This document shows positions 51,001-62,859 of a stretch of DNA of 64,000 bases, one piece after another. The stretch is from Gnetum montanum (taxonomy: Eukaryota; Plantae; Gnetophyta). A program made the position numbers and the translations under genes. The stretch is from the NCBI GenBank assembly GCA_015680685.1, contig MNCI01002485.1:744439-808438 (forward strand). The letters run 5' to 3'. Within the stretch, counting starts at the first letter, position 1. The number at the start of each line of letters is the position of its first letter. A model generated the notes under the pieces. It saw nothing but the letters and a program-made list of their open reading frames with translations, made no database searches and had not been told where the DNA came from.

Positions 51001-53259
51001 ATGCATGAGATTCCAATATAGAACCTTGTCTCCTAGTTTGAATGTAACTTTTCTTATCTATGTATCATGATGCTATTCATTATATGTCTTGTGTACTTCA
51101 TTCATAATAAGGACTAATTTTCAATTTTCATCTAGCACATTAAGTGTCATGAGTTATTCCTTTAATGTTAGGTTGATTTCTAAGTTAAGTTCACATGCAG
51201 TTATGAATGTACGAAGTTTAGTTTAAATTGGAAGTTTAGATAACTTTCCATACACTAACTCATAGGGAGAGTAACCTATAGAAAGTTTCAATGTTGAGTG
51301 ATATGTTAAAGAGGCATTGTTGAGTTTGGTACTCCAATCTTTCCTATATCTATTGATGGTTTACATTAGAATTTGAGTGATCCACCTATTGGTTACCTCT
51401 ACTTGACCATTAGCTTAAGAGTGATAGGGTGTTAGCTTATATTGTACCTCCAAGTGTTGCATTAACTTGTGAAATGTAGCTCCAGTGAAATATGTTGAGT
51501 TGTCAAAAATTAGTGCTCTAGGCACACCAAACCTATTACCACTTGTTGTTGAAAGAAATGAGCTATAGTAGTAGAGGTACAATCAAAATGACTATAGTAG
51601 TCAACAACAACAACAATGCATGACTTCCCATTAGACATGGAAGGGATGGATCTCATGAAATCAATTCCCCAAAGGTCAAAAGGCTTGAGTGGTTAAATCC
51701 ACTATTGGAGCCCTTCCATTCTAGTGGTCATTCCCCCATCCTATTGATACCTCATGCAAGAACAAAAGAGATGGTGAGAATTCTTCAAGACTATTAGCCA
51801 AAAATATGTTGTCATTAGGATCTTTCTAATCATCCTTCTTTCTGCATAGTGACAACTACAAGGAAACTTGTAAGCATCTTGGAAGACTCTTAGTTGTTCC
51901 ACATTAGGTTCACACCATCATAGTAGGAGAATAGCATGAAAATTAAAAAGGTTTCCCTTAATCTCCATGTTATGTTTGATCTAGTGAAGAAATTGTTGCT
52001 TCTTCCTATGATCCCATTTAGTAGGAGTCTACTATGTGAGTAGATATGAGAGAAATTCATCATACTAATTTGTTATTGGTGGTGCATAAACTTTAGTTGC
52101 CTTAGAAAAGAAAAGTTCATTTGGAAATTGATTAGATGAGGCATCTTCATCATTATTACTATCCCATATTAGCCAAGACAAATGATCTGCACCTACTTTC
52201 TTAGTTCCCTTTTTATCCATCATTATAAGATCAAAATCCTGTAAGATCACCAATCACTATATAACATGAGGACTTATAACTAGCTTATTCATTAGAAAGT
52301 GGATTGCACTATGATCATTGTGCAACAAAAATTAGTTATCTAAGAACATAATTCTTGAATTTTTCTAAAGCATACACCACTACCATAAGCTCTTTTCTAT
52401 GATGATGTAATTGAGTCATGCATCCACAATGCTCCTTCTTACACAATGCATGTAATATGAACATTTTTGATCATCCATTTATGTTTGCACTACTTCCAAT
52501 GCATAGTTGAATGCATTTGTCATGATGTGGAAAGGTTTAGACCAATCTAAAGCATGTAGAATGGGTGTTTCAATGAGCTTCTATTTCAAACATTGGAATG
52601 TTTTTTCACATTTCCTAGTCCACTAAAAGGTTGCATCCTTCTTGGTAAGCTCTATCAGTGGCTGGGTGATTTTAAGGAAATTTTCAATAAAATGCCTATA
52701 GTAACTAGTATGACTAAGAAATGACCTTACATATTTGATAGTTTGAGGTTGTCTAATTATTTCTTGAATAACACTTATCTTTGCAAGGTCCACCATGATT
52801 CCTTTTCTTGAAATTCTATCCCAAAATAGTATCATCCTAGACCTCAAGTGGTTTTTTTGTTAGTTGAGCTGCAAGTTTGTATTTTGATGACATTTTAATA
52901 TGCACTGAAGATAATCAAAATTAATTCCATAGGTGGAGAAGTCATCCATGTAGACTTCCATACCACTACTAATTTGCTACTGAAAGATACTTAGAACTAG
53001 GTGTTAAAGAGTTGTAGGACCATTACAAAGACTAAATAGCATCTTCTTATATGCAAAAGTCCCCCAGGAACTTGTAAAAGTGGTTTGGCCTCATCTTCTA
53101 GAGCAATCTATATTTGATCATATTCATTGTACCCATCTAAAAAACTCTAATAATTATGTCCTATAGTTGTATCCAATACTTGTTCCACAAACGACAATGA
53201 AAATAATCTTTAAATATAGCCATTTTTAGCAACCTGAAGTCTATATAGACTCTTCATTG
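48031..53259 (-). mobile_element. pol: Internal fragment of an autonomous-type Athila element: RT (partial)-RNH-INT-3' non-coding-env-like ORF
   Basis: RT *RVYIDFR (~53235-53257), EVYMDDFSTYG (~52930-52960), KGIMVDLAKI..VRSFLSHTSYYRHFI. RNH LQDFDL..DKKG..GADHLS. INT PFDLWGIDFM (~51655-51685). env-like fragment ..VKIKEITISYLVEAIVDVLKLP at ~48270-48340. Confidence 0.85.
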
Positions 53260-54607
53260 TGTTGGTGACCGTTTGGGAGGTGACCACCAACAAGTGTCCT
53301 TGAACAGGATTTAGGTGCCTGCTAGTCTCTGGCAACACCAAGGCCCAGATACCTCCAAATAAACTCAGTAATTAATGTGAGTATGTGTGTGTGTTGTTGT
53401 AGCATACAGTTGTGAAAAATGAAATGATTGCATTATGTGTGAACTATAGATGACTTATCTTAAAGAGATTTAGCCAACTTTGCCAAGTACTGTGAGTTGT
53501 TGAGAGTTCCTATTTTGTTCAATTGCCTAGTCTACGTGGTCCTTATAATACCTACTTGTAACAAATAAAATTTTGCAAAAACATTTGAGCACAACTCNTC
53601 CAAGGCTCAAATAAGCAATTTCTTCAAGACAATTCTACTATGCTACCAAAAATTGCTGCGTAAACTACCATGTACGAGACTCCATTTTGGCTAGATAATG
53701 GATGTCAACAATTTCATTCAATAGAACCTTCAAAAGGCTTGACAATTTCTAATTGAAGTACCATGGAGATTCACTTTAAAGATAAAAAGAAGCTATTCTG
53801 ATCTCATCAAAATACCAAAGATTTTCTGAACCCTCTTGATTATTGAATCGTTCAACGGCATGACTACAAGCAAAGGCTCTCTTACAACGATCTCAATAGT
53901 AGTTCCTATACATTGCACAATAACAAAATTTACTACTAAAATGCTCTTAAGGCTTTTAAACACAAGCACTTCTATGGAAAAATTTTAATAGAAATTTCTA
54001 TCGGGCGACGAATAATAAGAGCAATCTAAAAATCCCAAAATTACTTGCCAAGGATGATACTATCTAAACCACTAGCTAAACAATTTAAAAAAAATAAACA
54101 TAAAACATAACTCACAAGACTATGAAAAAGAGGCTGAAATGTTTACTCTAGCAAGCCATCTTACAAGCAATCGTTCACAATTTCTTCTTTACAATGCTCT
54201 TCTCAAGACCCCAAGTGTGTCTCCAAGTGAGAGCCCAAGTGTGATCCCAATGTATTCTCAAAAGTGTGATGTATGAGACCCCAAGTGATGATGATCCCCC
54301 ATCCTTGACCCCTAAAGCCTTTTTATAGTGTTCAAAGGTAGGTAGGTAAGTTACAAAATATCTTGGGTGGTTATAACCACCATAGAGAGAAAAAAGCTAG
54401 AATTGACAAGTGTCCTATTCAATTGCCAAGTTGTAGGTGACAAGTGTCCAGTTCATGTATGATATTGGATAAATATTCCATGAATTTTTGTCTTTTTCAT
54501 AGAGGTATCCAATATTTACATCCAATGTTCATCTCCATTAAGTTGAGGCTTTAGAAATGTTTCAAGAAACTCCTATGTCTAGTGAGGAAACTAGGTCTTC
54601 AAAAACA
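53260..54607 (-). mobile_element. LTR-like sequence (~1350 bp) abutting the truncated RT
   Basis: Starts TGTTGG exactly where the RT breaks and ends ..AAACA. Minus-strand TATA actataaaaagg at ~54318-54329. Short repeats ccaagtg and gacaagtgtcc flank it, as in LTR R/U3 regions. No partner LTR seen. Confidence 0.55.
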
Positions 54608-55002
54608 AATATAATTTAATATAAAATTGATTTAGGGGATGGACGATGAAGAAAAAAAAAGAAAATATATTTTTCAAAAGTGAAGGCCTTAAATAATTTT
54701 CCAAAGTTAACGGAGAGATATTGTGGAGGATGCCGTATGCAGTTAAACCAACTACCTGATAGCTTTTCCTGCACGCAGCCCATCTCCGTAGCTTATGCTC
54801 CACTCCATAGAACTTGTCTCGCCCACTAAACCTCCTAAAAATATGATGGTATTTGGAACCACTTCTATGAATGGTTCAGCAGTAGTTTCCATCTCTTTCT
54901 CCGTCTCTCATGGTCTTGCTCCCGCTCTTTGTCTCTGCGTCTCTACATTGTCACAGGAGCAAGGGCTAGAGATTTTTTTTATAGACAAATGCATGCCTAT
55001 CG

Positions 55003-55218
55003 CTACTTAGGTAATGTTGTTGCTTCTTGTGCTAGCATGCACGTGGCCATGGGCACCATGCTATCTCCTGCAACAGGACGAGCAGAGCATTCACTAGCGA
55101 AAATGGCGTGAGGGTCATCGATGATGCCAGAACTACACCTTGCATCAAACAGCGCTTGCGCAGACCAGGATAGTCCTCCATGAATGTGACTTGCCAAAGA
55201 GGATCTTCCTTGCTTCAT
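55003..55218 (-). pseudogene. Possible pentatricopeptide-repeat gene fragment
   Basis: SHIHGGLSWSAQALFDARCSSGIIDDPHAIFASECSA resembles the PPR pattern YAxHG..ALALFDxM..SGIxPD..F.SVLSAC. A second weak match VVPNTIIFLG lies at ~54835-54865. Confidence 0.3.
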
Positions 55219-55647
55219 AAACTCTTGCTTCTTTTCCGCCTCCTATCAATCACTGGACCTAAACTCCTTTAAAACATCAGGAAATGCAAAAAACACTGCC
55301 AAGTTTCAGAAATCTTCAAATGAATGATCCCAAGCTTCAGTCCATAGGCTTCAGATTACCAAGAATAGCACCAAACTCCATAAGATCATGCAATGAAAAT
55401 CTGCATCATCTCAATCTTAACGGGAGTAGCACCAAACATTCTGAAACTGTATGCCCATGACAAATTCGGGGGAAGAAAAATAGAAAGAAGTGGTCTACAA
55501 ATTTGCTGCCCGCCTGCACTGTCTTTGTTTTGTGCTTTTTTTTTTAGCTTTTTAAATGCTGCAAAATTGATAAGAAAAATAAATAAATAAGAAGCTGCAC
55601 GTACGCCTGACCAAGTGAAGGAGCAACTATTTTTGCACACGTAGCAC

Positions 55648-55832
55648 ATTTCTCTGTGTCATCTCCCCAGATGGTGACCTCTCTCCTTATTACCCATAGA
55701 TTAAAAATTATTCTGGCTTTTCTGGGTACTGAATCCATTCACGGTCATAGATTTTATGACTTCTCAAGGAATGCGTGGGTGCAGACGTAGATTTTTTTTG
55801 ATGACACAGTGCAGGTACTTCATTTTCTCCAT
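55648..55832 (-). pseudogene. Cytochrome P450 fragment (K-helix to just before PERF; CYP71-clan-like)
   Basis: MEKMKYLHCVIKKNLRLHPRIP*EVIKSMTVNGF/VPRKARIIFNLWVIRREVTIWGDDTEK versus the consensus MKYLHCVxKETLRLHP..TVxGYxIPKKARIIVNVWAIGRDPxVWGDDAEEF. One stop and one frameshift. Confidence 0.8.
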
Positions 55833-56134
55833 TCAAGTCCAAGAAAATATAAAATAGTGCATGTTGTAGGTACAGGGATCCTGCTGAATACTATCAGTGA
55901 GTTCTCTCCCATAGCAAAATGTATAGTTTTTTTTGTTCTTTTGGTAAATTTGAAACTAGGCCTTGTGTGAATATAAATAGCAGATGCACAAACGTCTTGA
56001 ACAGCAAAGGTAGCACCACCAGGGTAACAAAAATGGAACTGAAGCACAACATCCATCTGTGACAAGGATACTTGAGATGGCCCTGCAGTTGCAGCATTAA
56101 GAACACTTGCTTCTTCATGTCTCACAGCCCTCAT

Positions 56135-56716
56135 CCACCGCTATTACTGTGATGACATTTTTCCTAATTCCAAGCACAGCAACATCAAATGTTCCACTGC
56201 CCAAATCATAAACTAGAATACTCTCTTCCTTCTTAGAAGGCTTATCCAAATCCTAAGCAATTGTTGCTGCAATTGGCTCATTCAACAATTTCATGACCTT
56301 AAAGCCAGCAATCAATCCTGCATCCTCGTAGCATTGTCAAAGTAGGCAGGCACAGTAACCACAACCTTACTCACCTCACAATTTAAAAGAAAACGTCTTA
56401 GCAATTTCCTTCACTTTAGCCAGCACCATGGAAGATATCTCTTCTGTAGTAAATCATTTATTTTTACCCTTAAAACTTACCTCTATCAGTGGCTTGCCTT
56501 CAGGGCTAGCAATTATAGAAAATAACCAATGGTATTATTAGTCTGAATACTAGGGTCTGAAAAGCATCTGCCAATAATTCTCTTGGAAATAAAGATAGTT
56601 TTATTTTGGTGGTTCTGTGCAAATTGATTCATGGCAGCTTGACCCACAAGCCATTCAATGGCAGCAAAGGAAACCATGGAGGGAGTGGTCCTATTACCTT
56701 GTTGTTGTTTTTCCAA
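56135..56716 (-). pseudogene. HSP70: HSP70 nucleotide-binding-domain fragment, intronless, frameshifted
   Basis: QGNRTTPSMVSF..LVGQAAMNQ..SKRIIGRCFSDPSIQ; GKPLIEVSFKG; ISSMVLAKVKEIA; VVVTVPAYFD; DAGLIAGFKVMKLLNEP; DK..ILVYDLGSGTFDV. Confidence 0.93.
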
Positions 56717-56876
56717 TTTTCAAATGTATTTTCATAGTATCACATAACATTATTGTGCTCTAAAAAATCTGAGTCATAGCTCTCCATAGTTTAAGGAAAT
56801 AAATGTCATCAAAGATGTTTGGACTTGCTAGAAAACTCTTTATCTTGGTATGATATTCCAAGGATACCACCCTACA

Positions 56877-56887
56877 CTCTGATACAA
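56877..56887 (-). promoter_or_regulatory. Putative tRNA-iMet primer binding site
   Basis: Minus strand TTGTATCAGAG is a 10/11 match to TGGTATCAGAG, next to a TGTT dinucleotide context like the 53260 LTR end. Confidence 0.5.
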
Positions 56888-56948
56888 TTGTGTTATTTCT
56901 CTTAAGAAGTTTAAAAAGATATTTCTTTTTTTTTACTTGCAGATTTAA

Positions 56949-58794
56949 TCATGCCAACCTGTTCCATGAAATGGCCAAAATGTGCCAACACATTGTCCTC
57001 CCATTTTTGGCACTATAATGAATAGGCTTATACTTCTTACATGTTGTGATGGATTTGCTCTTTATAGCCCATATTTTTTGCATGCAATGGTACCATGCAT
57101 CACTGTATGTGATGCATGGGGTCCTATTCTTCTTGATCTTTCCAAATTCATTTTCCTTAGAGATTTCTAAGAAGAGGATTTTGATCCCTATCTTGACATC
57201 AATTGTGCTTTGCCAAGCCCTTTTTATGATAATTAGAAAGTCCCCCTTATAGTTTTCTACATGAATGACCAAGAAGACTACTGGATATGACCATCCACAA
57301 ATAATGGTCATGATATACTTCACCAGTCTTAAAGAGATAGTGATGGATTAATTAGCAAGCTTATACCTAATGTTATATTTTTTAAGTGGAGGCAAGCTCC
57401 AAGTTTTATACATTTTTAGGAAAATGAAGTTCACCCTAGAACCAAAGTCTAGTAGATCTTTGTACATATCATTTCCTACAATTTGTAAATTAATTAGAGA
57501 ACTTCCAAGATCATATCTTTTCCTAGGAAGGTGTCCTACCTTTATTTAGTTTGTGAAAGTATGTACATTTTGAGATCTTTGGTTTGAAGGTTGCTCAGCG
57601 TTCATCTCAAGAGTAGTTGAGGAGGATTCATAGCCACATATTCTTGTGGGGTGTTTAGATGGACTATTGGATCTAAAGAAATCCCTTTTCTAAGGCATAT
57701 ACTTAGAACCACCTGAATTTTCATCTAGCTATAAGTTCATCACCCACGTGGCATTGCATTACTAAGGTTATAGTGGGATCTCACATTATGTAGGTGGTGT
57801 ACATGGCAAAGAAGAATTTTGAGGTGTAGATTATTGTGTGGATAATCAAGAGTGTATGAAGAAGGAGATTCAACTTGTGGAGTAGTAGTTCTATAATATT
57901 TATGGGGATAGTAGGTTATTAGACATAATATCTATATGGGTCTGGTTGGTAGTGAGGATATTGCTACCTTGGTAGTAACATTCCTCATGACTATGGATTT
58001 TACCATTGATGATGATAATATTAAGGTTTATGTGGCACTCCACTTGAATAATGTTGTTACTGGTGGAACCACTATCAATAATTACCTTGTGGATAAGACA
58101 ATCTTCTAAGTGATTCCATTCTTGTAAATTTTGGATTCAAGGCATAAACCCTAGATTCTTATAGGTGTAAGTATAGGACAAAATCCCTTGGGATGTTCAT
58201 ATTGGTAAATTTCACACCCTATCTTCATCTATTTTAGAAATTGTAACCTCATCAACTATTGCAGCCTTACCTTTCTATTGATAGTAGTCTTTTCCTACAC
58301 CCTTTCTTCTCCTTTTATCCTTACTTCCCTACTCTATTTTCTCCTCCAAAAGTTTTAGGACATTTTAGAAATTCTCATCTAAGGAGTCCCACATTTTATC
58401 CATCTTAGATAATATTTCTATGATAAATTTTTGTATTTGTAAATTTTTTCTTTGTATCACTTATTCTAGTGGTGCTTCCTCCTCAAGATCATAGAGATGT
58501 ACCTCCCTTTTGTGAATGGAGGAATCTTTGTTATACTCCTCTACACCTTCTCACTTTTTTAGTTCTTATTCTTCCTTGGCCACTTGATTAATAATCTTTT
58601 GGATCCTATGAACTTTCATTTCTAACAATCTTCCTTGGACATAAATCCAATGGTCTCTTTGATTTTATCTTTAAGTCCATCTATCACATGAGGAAGTTGT
58701 TCGCTTTGAGAGAAACCATGGCCTATGCATCAATGTAAAAGAAAGTAATACCTTCCCAAGGTTACATCAAGGGATTCATAATTTCCTTGTTTCT
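56949..58794 (-). mobile_element. Third copy (gag-protease fragment) of the 17849-24649 family
   Basis: LLDFGSRVNF (~57425-57455) and CGWSYPVVFLVI..KGDFLII..EISKEN..PCITYSD, collinear with 20582-22500. Cut at both ends. Confidence 0.88.
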
Positions 58795-60059
58795 TGTTAG
58801 GACATAAATTAATGCTCCTTTTTCCTTTGTTTCTTTAGTGTTTGGAGTGGGATAGGAAGCTATGAGCTCATACAACCCAAAAACACTCACAAATTAGAGC
58901 CATAGGTTAGGAATTAAATCTTCAATGAGTCTTGAACCCATTAAAGGAATAATGTCTATCCTATGATCACTGAAAGTGAAATTCAAAAGGAGGAAGAGAG
59001 AGAAACAAGTGAAGTTAGCTTCAAATAGAGATAGGATAGCACAAGAAGTTGAATTCAAGTTTGGCAATGTATTGCAAGCTCATGTGACCCACATCAACTT
59101 GTAGACCATAGAATTTCTACTAACTATAGATTGTAGCCATTCACAATTTGTTTTTAAATAGAAAACAAAAATTCATCTATGTAAGTCCCTACAACTCACA
59201 CCTCTATTGTAGCCCATGGTAATTCTCTAAACCTAATTATTTGCTTGACCATTAGGATTTGAATATTTGATCATTGGAAATAGTTCACTGAGACTACTGA
59301 TTACAATTTCTTGTAGTGATTAATTGGCTTCATGATGCTTTGTTGGATTCTGAGATGCAACCTAGTTGTGACTCACACCAAAGTTGTAGCCATTAGCTAG
59401 ACATTATTTTAACCAAAAACTAAATTCATTTTAGCATCAAATCGAATTGAAACTATAAAGAAACCACTAGAACAAGAAAGATAGAAGAGAATAGAGAATA
59501 ACAAATAGATAGACAAAAGAGTTCTAAAGCATATAGATTTTAGAGTGAATTGGAATTATTATTGAATGATGTTTAGATACAAGAGATTCTTAAATAATAA
59601 GATAGTATTTCTTTCTTGCTTAATAGTAAATTCATGTTTAACATTCTTCATCATAATTTTGGCAATTAATCCCATGTAACTTATGGTCCTCCGTTTGATT
59701 GATTTCCACACTTCTATAATGCAAGAATGTAAGAAATTAATCAAAAACGTTTGACATCCTTTGATAGCCATGGTTATGGAGATATTTTCTCAAATTTAAA
59801 ATTTGTATGATTTTTATTTTTCTTTGTTCAATTATTCTATGTATAGATCCTAATCAGTCTTTCAACCTATGTATGTTAGAATTATTGAAATTTCAAGTGA
59901 TGTTGATTGATTTTTAGATGTTTCTTCTTGATTTGAAAAAAAATGATGATTAATGAAACACTTATTAACACTCAACGATTCTTGCAATAGATTCTTCTTT
60001 TGTTGGTTTTCTTTTGTTTTTATTTTTTAATTATTATTTCATTATAGGTTCATGGTTTG

Positions 60060-61740
60060 AATTCATGAGAAAGATCAAAGATTGATACTTGATAAGGTAC
60101 CTTCTTCATACGTACCCAAGAAAAGAACTAAAACAATTACAATATCATCAAAAGAGTCATCTTCACCAAGGAGTCCTAGAAGTCAAAAAGGGCAAAGTAC
60201 ATTTTGGAAAGGACCATCAATTTCATAGGTAGATTCACAAACTCCTGCAAGTATAGGCACTAAGGTCAATTTAGTAGATTGATTTAATACCTCAATTACC
60301 TTAACTACTTGTGGGACTCAGTTTTAAGCCCTATTTCCTATTACTACCCACCCTAATCAAGTATTCCTACTAAATTTGGATTTGGCACATAAGTTTTAAA
60401 TTCTATGAGTTAATTGGGTTCTACTCCACTCACATAATCTACCCTTTCCTTAACAACACAAATGACTAGTCCATCTTCTTTTAATTAATCCATTCCTTGA
60501 AAAGTTAATGATATGTACCATACCAATACCTTCAATAATCCCTTTGATACTTTTCATCAGTAGTAATTGCACCAACAACATCTACAAGTCACTCAGCAAA
60601 CCTTTTTAAATGCTTTAACACAAGCTACCTAAAATAAATGGCCACCATCGCCTATTCAACTAATCTCTCACTCTCTTCCCATTCTAACATAATTTTTTAT
60701 GAAATCAACTATTTCCCATTGTTTTTCTCAATGAACACAAACTACTATTCATACGAATTATCCTAATATGGCTAAGATTCATCAATCTATAAAATTCAGA
60801 TTTGGAGACATCTCACACCTTTAATGATGCAAATGAACAATTATTCACTTATTAGGCTTGGATTATTATTTCTAAAATTCAAGATCCTTGGTACGTAGAT
60901 ATTGTTCATTATTTAGTTGTATGTAATTACCAAAGTCTTGGAACAAAGGATAGAAACAAACCTTTGCAATTGAGGCACAATGATTCATTTGGAAAGATCT
61001 ATTCATGTACAAGATTTGTAAGGATAAAATTACTCAACTATGTCTACTTGAATAAGAACAAGAAGAGGTAATTACTCTAAATCATGATGGAGTTATAGGT
61101 AAGAAAAATTCATACAAAATTCTCCATGATAGTTTTTATTATTCTACCTTATTTAGGGATACTTATGCATATTGTAAGTGACGTGATCAATGAAAGTGAA
61201 TGGGATGACTCACAAGACAACAAGACATACTATTCTTTCCTATCTCAATGGAATGTGAGCCCTTTAACTGTTGGAGCATTGATTTCATGGATCCTTTTCC
61301 TTTAAGAAATTCCTATAAGTACATCATAGTTTCCATTAAGTATGTTACTAAATGGGTCTTGGCAAAGGCAACTAGGCATGATGATGTAAAAATGATAGCT
61401 AGATTCTTGAGAGATGATTTAATTCCATGGATTGGACACCCACAAATTTAAATTAGTAATAAAAAAACCTATGTTGTTAGTGATATGAGGGAAAAACTAT
61501 TACATAAAATGAGAATTAAACATAGTATTGCTACTACCTATCATCCACAATCAAATGGGTTGGTTGAAAGTATGAATAAGAAAATCAAAAATATGTTGTA
61601 GAAAGTTGTAGCAGATAATAGATTATACTGGTTTCATAATTAACTTGATGCATTTTGGGTCATTCATACTTCATATAAATCATCTCTTGGTTTTACCCCA
61701 TATGAACTAGTACTTGGTAAGCAATGTCTTGTTTCTTCTT
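60060..61740 (+). mobile_element. Athila-like fragment: gag-like low-complexity N-terminus followed directly by integrase
   Basis: DPWYVDIVHYL (~60884), CEPFNCWSIDFMDPFP..YVTKWV, YHPQSNGLVE, LGFTPYELVLGKQC. No PR, RT or RNH motifs in between. Confidence 0.75.
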
Positions 61741-62399
61741 CTACACAAAAAAAGTCTTTTTGAATGCAATGTCAATTGGCAATGAACTTAGACTCCTGTC
61801 TTTCTATTCATTATTTTCTTTGAACCATTTAGATAAAGATTGTATGCATACTTTAGATAGCCAATGTTTGTATAAGAAAAGTTTTCATAGTTTCTATTGC
61901 TTATGAATCATGTTCTGATGGTAGTGAAGAAATCCCATAATCATAAAATACTTGCTTAAAAAAGAGAAAGAATTATTAAGTAATGTAGTGTTTTGGTTGA
62001 TAAGCTATCTACTATTCATGGCCATAAGATAAGGTTAATCGTGTTGATGCGTGAGGAATCTCCATTAGCAACAACTACTTTAAGTAGGGAAAACTACCCA
62101 TTTTTTAGAGGTATAATGTCATAAGATATGGATAAGTTGGTAAACAATGATTCGTGAATGTCTAATGTGACAATGCCTTGTATTTGTGTTGTTTTTTATA
62201 GAAGTTAATTTAATTAATTATCATCCAATGTCTTGATGTTTACTAACCACTAATAGCTTAGTTATTCTTCTATGACAAATTTTTTCCATTGTTTTATTAC
62301 TTTTTCTTATTTTTATCCTATCTATCATTTTCTTTTCCTTACCATTAGTTGTAGAAGTGTTTTGGATTATAAAGTGAAGGTATGGTATGATTCACAATC

Positions 62400-62859
62400 T
62401 CTCAAATTCTAACTACAATCTCGACTGTGAGTCATAATTGCCTTAGCATTCATTTTACTAAGTTGGCCACCTATGATGGGGTGTGACCTACACATCCATC
62501 ACATCTCGATTTTTAGTCATTGGTTCAATTATTAGTGTGACCTACTATGACTTGCAACCAACTATACTTGGAAATTTAGGATTTTCTATTTCTTGGATAT
62601 TGTGGATGACTATGATTTGCAGTGCACCACACTATAATGTTCCATTATTCAACTTTCAAAACAGTGCAGTTACATGCAAGCCTTAGTTTATGAGATGTGA
62701 CTAGGTGCAACCCATAATTGCTCACAACTAAAAATTGATTAAAAATTTTCATTATTGTGTTGCAATGAGTTGCAACTTGCAGTCAGTTGCAACATGATTA
62801 AAAATAAAAAAAATAAAAAGTTGCATAAACAAAGTAATCATTCATTCTTTCTTGTAGAG
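62400..62859. mobile_element. Possible right end of a CACTA DNA transposon
   Basis: A dense array of gttgcaac/tgtgac/ctacaa motifs ends at tttcttgtagag (62848-62859), one mismatch from the CACTA TIR reverse complement TTTCTTGTAGTG. A perfect tttcttgtagtg with similar motifs lies at 59307-59318. Confidence 0.4.

Noticed and set aside
54795-54860. IIFLGGLVGETSSMEWSIS as a P450 I-helix fragment
   Set aside because: Weak similarity, out of order relative to the K-helix fragment, and equally readable as PPR-like.
56135-56716. Functional HSP70 gene
   Set aside because: Only part of the ATPase domain is present, with frameshifts, stops and a deletion after VPAYF.
54575-56890. Helitron or Pack-MULE as the carrier of the gene fragments
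   Set aside because: The CTAG sites at 54579 and 54591 lack a preceding GC-rich hairpin on the cargo strand, and no long TIRs or 9-bp TSD are visible. Not excluded, but unsupported.
59040-59400. Complete CACTA-derived MITE
   Set aside because: The TIR-like tttcttgtagtg at 59307-59318 has no convincing partner TIR or 3-bp TSD, and the repeat motifs continue past it.
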